Positions 36,108-45,666 of a stretch of DNA of 64,000 bases are shown here, one piece after another (the first letter of the stretch is position 1; each line of letters opens with the position of its first letter). The notes beneath the pieces are model-generated. The model ran no database searches. It saw only the letters and a list, made by a program, of their open reading frames with translations, and was not told where the DNA came from. Source of the stretch: an uncultured Oscillospiraceae bacterium (GTDB lineage Bacteria; Bacillota; Clostridia; Oscillospirales; Ruminococcaceae). Where the stretch lies: NCBI GenBank assembly GCA_949743955.1, contig CATJVQ010000036.1, forward strand, positions 8,433 to 72,432, in the 5' to 3' direction. A program made the position numbers and the translations under genes.

Positions 36108-37958
36108 ATGATATCGCGCCGCAATTTTTTTTCCATTGCTGCTCTCATGCTGGTGATTTTTTTCATGTTTCAGTTTACCAATGTGGCACTGGAATTATGG
36201 AATCACTACGAAGAGAATGCCTACGCTGTGGATCTTGCCTCTCTGCCTGGGGAAAACGGTGCCTATACTCTGAATACCTCCGGCGAAGACACTCTCTGGG
36301 GGAATGTGCGTCCCACCGTGACTTTTATCGGCGAAAGGGATAGTGCGATGGGGCAGGTGGTATCCAACTGGGCCGCTTACACAAAGCGCCGTCTGTCCGT
36401 TCAGCCAGCGCTGCAGGGCTATGTACTGGAGGATACCATACCGGAATTTCTTGTTCTGGACGCTGCCAGCATGGACTGGGATGAGAATGCCTGCCAGCTC
36501 CTTCTGGAGTGGGCAGAAAAGGGGTGCGACCTCGTGTTTGGCAGTCTGCCGGCGCCCTTTATCATCCGAGAAATACCCGGCCTGCAGGAACTGTTGGGCA
36601 TCTATGAGATCCGCGCGGATCGCGCCGCCGTGGAAGGACTCCACCTCTATGCGGGATTCTTCCTGGGCGGAGAGGTGATCTACCAGGGGGCTGATGCACA
36701 GGAGAACGAATTGCGGCAGGATCTGGATCTGGATATCCCCTGGTACATCCCCGATATTGGGACAAAGGTCTACATGAAGGGGATCCCTGCCGGCGACGTA
36801 AAAGCGGAAGATCATCCAGCTATCATCTGGCGCAGAAGCCTCAACGGTTCGTTCGTCTTCGCCATAAACGGCAGATACATGGAGGACGCCACCGGGCTGG
36901 GTATCCTCTCCGCGATAGTCTCACAGTCCGGTGTTCTGGATATCTATCCGGTGATCAACGCCCAGAATCTGGTGGTGGCCAACTATCCGGGCTTGGCCAT
37001 GGAGAACGAGGATGTCCTCTCACAGTATTACAGTGCGTCCATGCAGGGGATCTTCCGGGATATCCTGTGGCCGGACATCACCGCGATTTATCATCAGGGA
37101 AAGCTGGGGTTCTCCTGCATGATGGCTCCCCAGTTTGACTACGGGGATTCCAATCTGCCCGATTCGGAATCGTTCGTTTACTACATGAAGCTGCTCAACG
37201 AGCTGAGAGCGGAGGCGGGCATATCCGCTTTTTCCGTGTCGGAGACCCCTATGGCGGAAAAGTTGTTGGAGGATCTCCGTTTTATGGAGCATGAAAATCT
37301 AGGATACCGCTTCACTTCTCTTTATGCCGGGGAGGCCGGTAAAGATATACCGGCAGACGCTCTGCAGGCCATTCCCACTCTGCGTACCGTGGTTTTCCCT
37401 TACGATGGCGGCAGCGAACTCGTCGGCTATCAGAATGAGAGCGTAACCTGGCAGATGGCTGTAGCCGACGGCTTTGGCCATACCTACCGGAGCGATTTTC
37501 GGGTACGCAGTGTCGAAACGGCGCTGGCCTATACCAGTATTCTCGCAGACGTTGCCCGAGCTGTCTATCCCGAGAGTGCCGAAGATACCTGGAACTCCAT
37601 TTCCCAGCGTTTCTCCTCGGATGTGCCTCAATTCTGGCGGGAATTTGAATCGTTCGACGGTACCTCCGTTTCAGAATGCGATGAACGCGTCCGCCGCTTT
37701 CTCTCCCTGGACTATACCTACAAATACGATGGAGAAACTGTCTCTCTGCGCCACAGTGGCGATGGAACGGCATGGTTTATCCTGCGGGTGAACAACCGCC
37801 GGGTCAGATCCGTCGAGGGAGGGACTGTCCGGCGCATTGAAGAGGGTGTGTATCTTATTGGGGCAAAGGAAAAGGATGTGACCATCACTCTGCTCGGCAT
37901 TCGTGCCAATGTGCGGGACGGATACCGTATCGCACCGGAACATGGTGATGCTATTTAA
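36108..37958 (+). CDS. pelA: DUF2194 / PelA(DA)-like putative deacetylase
   Basis: N-terminal TM, YPVINAQ...P region, synteny; catalytic residues not verified. Confidence 0.6.
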   Translation: MISRRNFFSIAALMLVIFFMFQFTNVALELWNHYEENAYAVDLASLPGENGAYTLNTSGEDTLWGNVRPTVTFIGERDSAMGQVVSNWAAYTKRRLSVQPALQGYVLEDTIPEFLVLDAASMDWDENACQLLLEWAEKGCDLVFGSLPAPFIIREIPGLQELLGIYEIRADRAAVEGLHLYAGFFLGGEVIYQGADAQENELRQDLDLDIPWYIPDIGTKVYMKGIPAGDVKAEDHPAIIWRRSLNGSFVFAINGRYMEDATGLGILSAIVSQSGVLDIYPVINAQNLVVANYPGLAMENEDVLSQYYSASMQGIFRDILWPDITAIYHQGKLGFSCMMAPQFDYGDSNLPDSESFVYYMKLLNELRAEAGISAFSVSETPMAEKLLEDLRFMEHENLGYRFTSLYAGEAGKDIPADALQAIPTLRTVVFPYDGGSELVGYQNESVTWQMAVADGFGHTYRSDFRVRSVETALAYTSILADVARAVYPESAEDTWNSISQRFSSDVPQFWREFESFDGTSVSECDERVRRFLSLDYTYKYDGETVSLRHSGDGTAWFILRVNNRRVRSVEGGTVRRIEEGVYLIGAKEKDVTITLLGIRANVRDGYRIAPEHGDAI

Positions 37959-37985
37959 GCCGAACGGCGGAAAGGAGGGGCGCGC

Positions 37986-39437
37986 ATGTGTATCTGCATC
38001 ATTGTAGAAGGATGTTATCCATATGTAGTCGGCGGCGTGTCCAGCTGGGTACACAGCCTGATCCAGTCCTTTCCCGAAATAGAATTTGTCATTCTGACCA
38101 TCGTGTCGAACCGATCCATGCGGGGGAAGTTTGTCTATACGCTGCCGGAAAATGTTTCAGAGGTTTATGAGCTGTATCTGGATGATGTGGACTGGGGCCG
38201 CCAGCACAGGAAACGGATGAACCGCACGGAATATAATGCTCTGCGCAGCCTGCTCCTTGACCAGCACATCGACTGGGAGACACTCTTCAGATACTTCCAG
38301 AATAAGCATGTTTCCATCGACGGACTGCTCATGGGCGAAGATTTCCTGCACGCTGTGGAAGAATTTTATCTCCTTCATTACAGCCAGGTGGTATTCTCGG
38401 ATTTTCTGTGGATGATGCGCTCCATCTATCTGCCGCTGTTTTTCGCACTGAAAATGAAGCTGCCGAAAGCGGATCTCTACCACTGCCTCTGCACCGGTTA
38501 CGCGGGCGTGCTCGGCAGCATGGCCAAGCATCTGTATGGCACTCCCCTGCTGATCTCCGAGCACGGGATCTACACGCGCGAGCGTGAAGAGGAGCTTGTG
38601 AAGGCCAAGTGGGTGCAGGGACTCTATAAAAATGTCTGGATCAACCAGTTTCGGAAGATGTCCCGCCTAGCCTATGAGCGGGCGGATCTCGTGACCAGCC
38701 TGTATGAGCATGCCCGTGTCCTCCAGATTGAACTGGGCTGTCCCGAACAGAAGACACTTGTCACCCCTAACGGCATCCAGGTGGACGCTTTTCAGGATCT
38801 GCCGGGCCGGGTGGAGGAGGATGAAGGAAGAATCAATGTAGGAGCGGTTCTGCGGGTTTCCCCCATCAAGGATGTCAAGACAATGATACAGGCTTTCGGG
38901 TTTGCCAAAGAGCGCGAGCCTGCACTGAAGCTGTGGATCATGGGACCTTGGGAGGAAGACAAGGAGTACGCCGAGGAGTGTTTTGATCTGGTGCGGGACA
39001 TGAATCTTTCCGACGTGGTATTTACCGGGCAGATCAACGTGCGCGATTATCTGGGGCGAATGGATATGACCATCCTCACCAGCATCAGCGAGGGACAGCC
39101 GCTAACGATTCTGGAAAGTTTTGCCGCCCGCAGACCTGTCATTGCCACGAACGTGGGGAACTGTCATGGCCTCATCTTCGGCGAAGGCGACGATTTCGGT
39201 CCGGGAGGCATTATCACACACATCATGAATCTGGAAGAGATTTCCGACGCCATCGTCTATCTGGCCCGCCACCGGGAGGAACGGTTGCAAATGGGGGAAA
39301 ACGGATACCGAAGGGTATCCGCCCGCCACCGTATTGAGCAGATGCGCGAAAACTACCGGCGTATCTATGAGCGTTTCGAACAGGATGGCCAGTATCCGCA
39401 GGCGGGCGAAAAGCAGATTGAGCAGGAGGTGAAATAG
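37986..39437 (+). CDS. pelF: Pel synthase glycosyltransferase (GT4, DUF3492)
   Basis: EGCYPYVVGGVSSW, TGYAG, EHGIYTRERE, PIKDVKT, SISEGQP. Confidence 0.93.
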   Translation: MCICIIVEGCYPYVVGGVSSWVHSLIQSFPEIEFVILTIVSNRSMRGKFVYTLPENVSEVYELYLDDVDWGRQHRKRMNRTEYNALRSLLLDQHIDWETLFRYFQNKHVSIDGLLMGEDFLHAVEEFYLLHYSQVVFSDFLWMMRSIYLPLFFALKMKLPKADLYHCLCTGYAGVLGSMAKHLYGTPLLISEHGIYTREREEELVKAKWVQGLYKNVWINQFRKMSRLAYERADLVTSLYEHARVLQIELGCPEQKTLVTPNGIQVDAFQDLPGRVEEDEGRINVGAVLRVSPIKDVKTMIQAFGFAKEREPALKLWIMGPWEEDKEYAEECFDLVRDMNLSDVVFTGQINVRDYLGRMDMTILTSISEGQPLTILESFAARRPVIATNVGNCHGLIFGEGDDFGPGGIITHIMNLEEISDAIVYLARHREERLQMGENGYRRVSARHRIEQMRENYRRIYERFEQDGQYPQAGEKQIEQEVK

Positions 39438-40898
39438 ATGGCGGGTGTCGGTGTCCGGCTCAACCGTTTTTTCCAGAAGAGGTCCATTACCGCGGGGATT
39501 GCCGGAGTGGTGTACGGTTCCTGCCTGACCGTCGCGCCGATGGTTTTGGTTATCGGCGTCCTACTGCTGATGGAGTGGATTCTGGGGTTCGACACACTCG
39601 ATTATTACACAAGAGAACTCTTTTCCTGCACCATTCTATATATTTTTATTTTCTCTCTTCTCTGTGCCTCCCCATTCAACTCGGTGCTCTCCAAATATAT
39701 GCAGGACGCGATCTTTGAGGAGCGCTTTCAGGATATCCTCCCCTGTTATTATCTGGGGCTCTGGATAAATATCTTTCTCAGTTGTCTGGTGGGGATCCCA
39801 TTCTGCCTGTGGGAGCATTTTATAGGCGGGGTACCGGTGTACTATGTGTTTACCGGCTTCTGTGGCTACATCTCCCTGACACTGGTATTTTACTCGATGC
39901 TCTACCTCTCCATCTGCAAGGATTACGGAAGAATCTCTCTGTTTTTCCTGGTCGGGCTTTTAATCGGTTTTCTGCTCTCCCTGATTCTCCGTTTCTGGGC
40001 TGGATGGGAAATCTCCGAAAGCATGCTCTTTTCTTTGACAGTCAGCTTCTTTCTCATCTCCATTTTTGAATACAGCTCTGTCCGGCGGTATTTTATAGAG
40101 AACAGTAACCGTTTCCTGCCGGTATTGCGGTATTTTAAAAAGTATTGGCATCTGGTAGCTGTCAATTTCTTCTACACATTGGGGCTGTATATACATAACT
40201 TTGTCTTCTGGACAACGGAGCTGCGCATGGTGGTAGCCAAGTCCTTTGTCTGCTGCCAGCCCTACGATATGGCCTCCTGCCTAGCCATGTTCACCAACAT
40301 CTCTGCTACAGTCATCTTCATTGCACGCGTGGAAATGTATTTTCACGATCGGTACAAAGCGTATTCCGAGGCAGTCATCGGCGGGAGGCTGGTGGACATT
40401 CAGTCCACAAAGCGCAAAATGTTTCGGGAAATTGCCAATCAGCTTTTGGATCTGGCGCGCATCCAGTTTATGATTTCTGTCGTGGTCTATCTGTTGTTTG
40501 TCGTGATCCTGCCGCGGTTTGGATTTGCGGGTATGATTATGCGCATTTATCCTTGTCTGGCAGCGGGATACTTCATCCTGTTTCAGGTGTACGCTGAGGT
40601 CCTCTTTTTATACTATTTCAAGGATATGTGGGGGGCTGTGTTTACAACTGTCAGTTTTTTTCTGGTAACGCTTATTGGAGCTCTGATCGCCACGCGTCTG
40701 CCGGAAATCTGGTACGGCATCGGCGTGGTGGTGGGTTCCGCTGTCGGATGGTCTGTCGGATATATGCGCCTGCGCTGGGTGGAGAAGCATATAGACGTTC
40801 AGGTATTCTGCCAGGGAAGGCTGTTAGCCCGGGGCAAAGGAGTGCGTCCCAGCGATCAAGTGTATCAACGGACTGCGGCAGAGCCGCAAGGTAAGTGA
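39438..40898 (+). CDS. pelG: Pel polysaccharide transporter
   Basis: MAGVG..L N-terminus, about 12 TM segments, YD.A..LA; directly after pelF. Confidence 0.9.
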   Translation: MAGVGVRLNRFFQKRSITAGIAGVVYGSCLTVAPMVLVIGVLLLMEWILGFDTLDYYTRELFSCTILYIFIFSLLCASPFNSVLSKYMQDAIFEERFQDILPCYYLGLWINIFLSCLVGIPFCLWEHFIGGVPVYYVFTGFCGYISLTLVFYSMLYLSICKDYGRISLFFLVGLLIGFLLSLILRFWAGWEISESMLFSLTVSFFLISIFEYSSVRRYFIENSNRFLPVLRYFKKYWHLVAVNFFYTLGLYIHNFVFWTTELRMVVAKSFVCCQPYDMASCLAMFTNISATVIFIARVEMYFHDRYKAYSEAVIGGRLVDIQSTKRKMFREIANQLLDLARIQFMISVVVYLLFVVILPRFGFAGMIMRIYPCLAAGYFILFQVYAEVLFLYYFKDMWGAVFTTVSFFLVTLIGALIATRLPEIWYGIGVVVGSAVGWSVGYMRLRWVEKHIDVQVFCQGRLLARGKGVRPSDQVYQRTAAEPQGK

Positions 40899-40909
40899 GG
40901 GGGATGACC

Positions 40910-41281
40910 ATGGAATTGGTTGTCATCATGAGATGCGGCCTTGCCATTGTGGGACTGGTGCTTTTGATTTCTAGTTTCTGGTTCCATGCCGCAAAAAAAA
41001 TGACATCGGATCTGGCGGTAACCTGGTGTCTATTGGGATTTGTGCTGATGGTGGTCGGGATCGTTCCGGCATTGTCCGCGTGGATAGACCGTATCTCCGG
41101 CCAGGCAGGGATCACGCTCCTCTTTGCAGGTGCAGCCTGTCTGGGGGGCGCATTCCGGATATGCCTCATCATTTCCCGCCTGACAACACAAAATCAGGAA
41201 CTGGCGATGCTGGTTTCCCTGCTGCTGGAGGAAAGTGCAGAACGAACAGAGACAGGAGCTGAAAAGGAATACGAGCGATGA
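40910..41281 (+). CDS. DUF2304 small membrane protein (GacJ-like)
   Basis: Three TM segments, C-terminal SRL..QNQELA; ATG 40910 after GAGGGGG. Confidence 0.72.
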   Translation: MELVVIMRCGLAIVGLVLLISSFWFHAAKKMTSDLAVTWCLLGFVLMVVGIVPALSAWIDRISGQAGITLLFAGAACLGGAFRICLIISRLTTQNQELAMLVSLLLEESAERTETGAEKEYER

Positions 41282-42495
41282 AAAAGATCCTGTTTGTTAC
41301 GAATACACTCGGTATCGGCGGCGCGGAGAAGTCTCTGATCGAGCTGCTGCGCCATCTGGATGGATCGGAATATTCCATTGATCTCTATGTGCTGCTGGGT
41401 CGTGGAGAGCTCATGAAACGGGTTCCGGAACATGTCCGTCTCCTGAACCGGAAGGTAGATGGCGGCTCCGTCCTTGACAGCGCCGGACGCTGGGCCCTTA
41501 CGAAGATTGTCTTCGCTGATTTTTTTCGCGGCGGAGCGTATGCAGAAAAGCTCGGCAGTATCCTGCGGGGGCTCTGGCCCATGCTGAAAAAACGGCGTAT
41601 ACAGATAGATAAGCTCCTTTGGTATACGGTATCCGCCGGCGTACAGCGGCTGGACGAAGAGTACGATGTTGCGCTGGCCTGGCTGGAGGGAGGAGCCGCT
41701 TACTTCGCAGCCAAGTATGTGCGGGCCAAAAAAAAGCTGGCGGTCATCCATATCGACTATGAGTGCAGCGGCTATACACGAAGTCTCGATCAGGATTGCT
41801 GGGCGCAGTTTGAGAGGATTTTCACCGTCTCCGAGGAAACACGGGCTTCCTTTCTGCGCGTCTATCCGGAGTATGCAGAGAAGCTCAGCATCCTGCCCAA
41901 TCTCATCAATCAGGAGGAAATCCGCCGCCGTGCGCTGGAGGCGGAAGGCTTTTCTGATGGTTATTCAGGGGTGCGCCTGCTGACCGTGGGGCGCCTCACC
42001 TACCAAAAGGCGCTGGATATCTCTATCGACGCCATGAAACTTCTCCTAGATGCCGGCTACAAAGCCCGCTGGTACGTGCTGGGGGAAGGGATTGCACGGG
42101 AACGGTTACAGAAAAAAATAACGGCGCTTGGACTTTCAAAGGATTTTTTGCTGCTGGGAACCGTGGAAAACCCCTATCCCTACTATGTGCAGGCGGATAT
42201 CTTCATTCACGCCACACGCTTTGAGGGCAGGAGTGTCGCCGTGCAGGAGGCACAGACACTCGGCTGCGCAGTGATTGTTTCCGACACAGCCGGCAATCAT
42301 CAGCAGGTTTCTCACAATAAAGACGGCCTCCTGTGCGCTCTCGATCCGAAGGACATCGCAGTGAGCATTGCGCTTCTTATCAGCGATTCAGAAAAGCGTA
42401 AACGCCTTGGAGACACCGCAATGGCAAAAAAAATGCCCACATCGCAGGACATCGGTGAACTGCTTGAATTGCTGAATGGAGGGGATCTATTATAG
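41278..42495 (+). CDS. Glycosyltransferase family 4
   Basis: GGAEKSL, VGRLTYQK, NPYPY, EG..V.V.EA. Confidence 0.9.
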   Translation: MKKILFVTNTLGIGGAEKSLIELLRHLDGSEYSIDLYVLLGRGELMKRVPEHVRLLNRKVDGGSVLDSAGRWALTKIVFADFFRGGAYAEKLGSILRGLWPMLKKRRIQIDKLLWYTVSAGVQRLDEEYDVALAWLEGGAAYFAAKYVRAKKKLAVIHIDYECSGYTRSLDQDCWAQFERIFTVSEETRASFLRVYPEYAEKLSILPNLINQEEIRRRALEAEGFSDGYSGVRLLTVGRLTYQKALDISIDAMKLLLDAGYKARWYVLGEGIARERLQKKITALGLSKDFLLLGTVENPYPYYVQADIFIHATRFEGRSVAVQEAQTLGCAVIVSDTAGNHQQVSHNKDGLLCALDPKDIAVSIALLISDSEKRKRLGDTAMAKKMPTSQDIGELLELLNGGDLL

Positions 42496-42518
42496 AAAAG
42501 AAAGAGCTTTTAATCATT

Positions 42519-43262
42519 ATGCCCGCCCACAATGAAGAAGCGAACCTTCCAGGTGTTCTCGATTCGCTGGAGGAATGCGGGATCCCCGCCATTGCAGATG
42601 TGTTGATTATTAACGACGCTTCGACGGACGCTACCCCGGGGATTATCCGTGCACGCGGATATCGGATGGTTACAAATGTATTTTGTTTGGGGTATGGCGG
42701 TGCAATCCAGGTGGGGTATAAATACGCCGTCCGGTATGGCTACCAGTATGTGATCCAGATGGATGCGGACGGGCAGCACGATCCCTGCAATGTCCCAGTG
42801 ATCTACGGCCGCCTTCTCGAGGAGGATGCCGGAGGACCTCCTGATATTGTGCTGGGTACACGGTATCTGGAGGGAAGCCATTCTTTTCCTCTTTCGCTGC
42901 CCAAGCGGATGGCCCACCGGCTGTTCCGGTTTTTGATTCGCCTGCTGTCGGGACATACTGTCTCCGATCCCACGACGGGACTGCAGGGATTGAGCCGCCG
43001 TGCTTTCACCTTTTACGCCGGATACGATAACTTTGATGTGAAATATCCGGACGCCAACATGCTCATCCAGATGCTGCTCCTCCATTTTCGCATGGTGGAG
43101 GTTCCGGCCGTGATGCATGCGCGTACAGCGGGAAAGAGCATCCATTCCGGACTGCGCCCGCTGTGGTATATGATTCGCATGCTGTTCAGCACACTGGCCA
43201 TCGCTTTTCAAATCAATGTCCTCAAAATTGGCGCCGGAGAGAGCCGGCCGCAGATCATTTAG
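42519..43262 (+). CDS. GT2, polyprenol-phosphate glycosyltransferase (DPM synthase/GacI-like)
   Basis: PAHNEE, INDASTD, QMDADGQHDP, SDPTTG; true start probably at 42492 (ATA). Confidence 0.85.
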   Translation: MPAHNEEANLPGVLDSLEECGIPAIADVLIINDASTDATPGIIRARGYRMVTNVFCLGYGGAIQVGYKYAVRYGYQYVIQMDADGQHDPCNVPVIYGRLLEEDAGGPPDIVLGTRYLEGSHSFPLSLPKRMAHRLFRFLIRLLSGHTVSDPTTGLQGLSRRAFTFYAGYDNFDVKYPDANMLIQMLLLHFRMVEVPAVMHARTAGKSIHSGLRPLWYMIRMLFSTLAIAFQINVLKIGAGESRPQII

Positions 43263-43277
43263 AAAAGGAGCTGCTAT

Positions 43278-45578
43278 TTGAATATCGTCGATACCCTGCA
43301 CTGGCTTGCCGAATATTTTAAGGTCCTCTCCGGCTTCCTTCTTCTGGTTTTTGTGTGGCCCCATATCGTGTTTAAAAAACATCTGAACGGAGAGGGTATT
43401 ATCTACCGTTTCTGTTTCTGTATCTCAGTCCAGACAGTGCTCATCTCCACTGTCGTGCTGGGACTGGGGCTCTGCCATATTCTGAACCCCTGGAGTGTCC
43501 GCGCAGTGTTTTATGGCATCCCGCTGATTGTTCTGTGTAAAAGGGCCAAACCGACTGAAGAGAAGATCGCGGCATTCTGCCGGGCACTGTCCTTCAGTTA
43601 TACCGCCATACAGCTCAAGCAGTTTTTCCGGACTGCCAGCGGAAAAATAAAGCGGCTCTGGCAGATCATGCGCCCCCATATACTGGAGTATCTGGGATTG
43701 GGCGTGCTTCTGATCTACGCACAAGTCTTCCTTGTATGGGGATCGTTCCAGACTACGTCCTACGGTTTCGGCGATCAGTACGTCCACCACTCCTGGATTT
43801 ACGGTCTGAAAGAGGGAATCGCCTTTTCCGGAGGCATCTATCCGGAAGCGATGCATTGCCTCATCTATGCCATTCATATTCTGTTCGATGTGCGGACATA
43901 CTCTCTCATGCTGCTTTTCGGCAGTATACAGGGCATTGTCTTTCTGATTTCTGCCTACTGCTTGCTGAGGGAGTTTTTTCACTGGCGGTATACGCCCCTC
44001 TTCGTCCTTGCGGCCATCATCCTGTTCAATATGCTCACCTGGCGGGAAGGCAGCGGCATGGCACGCCTGCAGTGGACACTTCCCCTTGAGTTCGGGCTTA
44101 CGACACAATTTATCTGCGCTCTGTACCTGCTGCGTTACCTGCGAAAGAAACCGCCGGATGATAATTCCCCCCGGCGGCGCATCTGGAACCGGGATCTGTT
44201 TATTTTCATGATGTCGCTCTCCGCAACGTTTGCCGCCCATTTCTATCCGCTCATCATGGCCTTTTTTATGTGTGCGGGTATCGCCGTGCTTTATCTGAAA
44301 GCGATCTTTTCCCGGGAACGGTTTCTCCCCCTTGTCGCGGCGGTACTGTGCGGGGGGCTGATAGCGCTTGCGCCCATGGCTGCGGCCTTCGCCTCCGGCA
44401 CTCCGCTTGAAAAGTCGTTAAACTGGGCGATGGGCGTCATCGACGGAAACGACAGTGAATACGATGAGGCTCGCGGACGGCTTACAGACGATACTGAAAC
44501 GCAGGACGGCGCTTCGAATACACAGGAATCCGGACTGACAGGAAAAGTCGGCGCGGCCGTTGCTTTCGGCCTGCGGGTTATCCGGCTCGGATATGCAGAG
44601 ATGATCGGTACCGACCGGGGGCAATTCGTCATGAATCTGACAGTGGCGCTCGGCGCCCTCTGGCTGGCGCTCAGATTGATCCCGCGCTTTCTCTCTCCCG
44701 CGCGGCGAGAACAGATAAGAGCTGTGAGTGGTACTTGGCTCGAGGGGTATCTGCCGTTACTCGCCGACTCCGTTGTCTTTATCGTGATGTATATTGCGCC
44801 GTATCTGGGGCTGCCGGAGCTGGTTCTAGGTGTGCGTATGGCCAGCACGGAACGAATCCTTCTTTACGCGGTGGCAGCCATTCCGCTCGATCTTCTCTTT
44901 TTCTCCCTCACTGTATGGATCAAGGCGTCCGTTCTGCATGTGTCCTCCATGCTGTGCCTCGGGATTATCTCCGCCTGGGGATGCAGCCCGGAAAACTATC
45001 ACGGATACCTCTACTGCGAACTAACCCGCTACCGTTCTGAGGTTGCTGTAATGGATGAAATTATCGGTTCCTTCTCCCCGTTCACCTACACAGTCGTCTC
45101 CCCTACAGATGGTCTTTACCATGAAATCGAGACCGGGTGGCATGAGGAGCTCATCGACTTTGTGAAGCAGGCTTCGGGCGAACGGTATTTCCTTCCCACA
45201 GAGCATGTCTTCATCTTTGTCGAAAAACGGCCAATTCAATATGCTCAGACCTACTATTTCCAGGGACCGTCCTGGCTCGCGATGGAGAGGGAGATTCCGG
45301 AAAACTGCACCCAGGCGCCCAATATACTGGCCTCTGAAATTTCTGAAGAAGCTGCCCTGTCAGCGCTTGAGGATTTTTCCAATCCGTTCTCATTCTATAA
45401 AGAACCCGAGAGCCGCACGATTGTTGAATCCAAGGCGTACGCCTGGTGCCAGCGCTTCTGGCAGCTCTATCCGCATGAGATGGACGTCTATTATGAGGAT
45501 GATGATTTTGTCTGCTACTACTTCCGGCAGGAACCCAATTCGCCGTATAACCTGGCGCTCTCCCCAAAAGAGGAATAA
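43278..45578 (+). CDS. Large polytopic membrane protein, possible GT-C-type transferase
   Basis: TTG start after AAAGGAG; many TM segments, early extracellular loop with GDQYVH, soluble C-terminal domain. Confidence 0.55.
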   Translation: MNIVDTLHWLAEYFKVLSGFLLLVFVWPHIVFKKHLNGEGIIYRFCFCISVQTVLISTVVLGLGLCHILNPWSVRAVFYGIPLIVLCKRAKPTEEKIAAFCRALSFSYTAIQLKQFFRTASGKIKRLWQIMRPHILEYLGLGVLLIYAQVFLVWGSFQTTSYGFGDQYVHHSWIYGLKEGIAFSGGIYPEAMHCLIYAIHILFDVRTYSLMLLFGSIQGIVFLISAYCLLREFFHWRYTPLFVLAAIILFNMLTWREGSGMARLQWTLPLEFGLTTQFICALYLLRYLRKKPPDDNSPRRRIWNRDLFIFMMSLSATFAAHFYPLIMAFFMCAGIAVLYLKAIFSRERFLPLVAAVLCGGLIALAPMAAAFASGTPLEKSLNWAMGVIDGNDSEYDEARGRLTDDTETQDGASNTQESGLTGKVGAAVAFGLRVIRLGYAEMIGTDRGQFVMNLTVALGALWLALRLIPRFLSPARREQIRAVSGTWLEGYLPLLADSVVFIVMYIAPYLGLPELVLGVRMASTERILLYAVAAIPLDLLFFSLTVWIKASVLHVSSMLCLGIISAWGCSPENYHGYLYCELTRYRSEVAVMDEIIGSFSPFTYTVVSPTDGLYHEIETGWHEELIDFVKQASGERYFLPTEHVFIFVEKRPIQYAQTYYFQGPSWLAMEREIPENCTQAPNILASEISEEAALSALEDFSNPFSFYKEPESRTIVESKAYAWCQRFWQLYPHEMDVYYEDDDFVCYYFRQEPNSPYNLALSPKEE

Positions 45579-45666
45579 ACTAGGCGGCAGATCGGCACAC
45601 CGCTGTGGAGTCCTCTGGCTGACTCTTCTGATCATTCTGCTTCTTGCCGTTGGAGGGATCGTGGAA

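Noticed and set aside
45205-45666. Long N-terminal extension of the DUF4874/4832 ORF
   Set aside because: Overlaps the upstream gene by more than 370 bp in another frame and is low-complexity; the real start lies after 45578.
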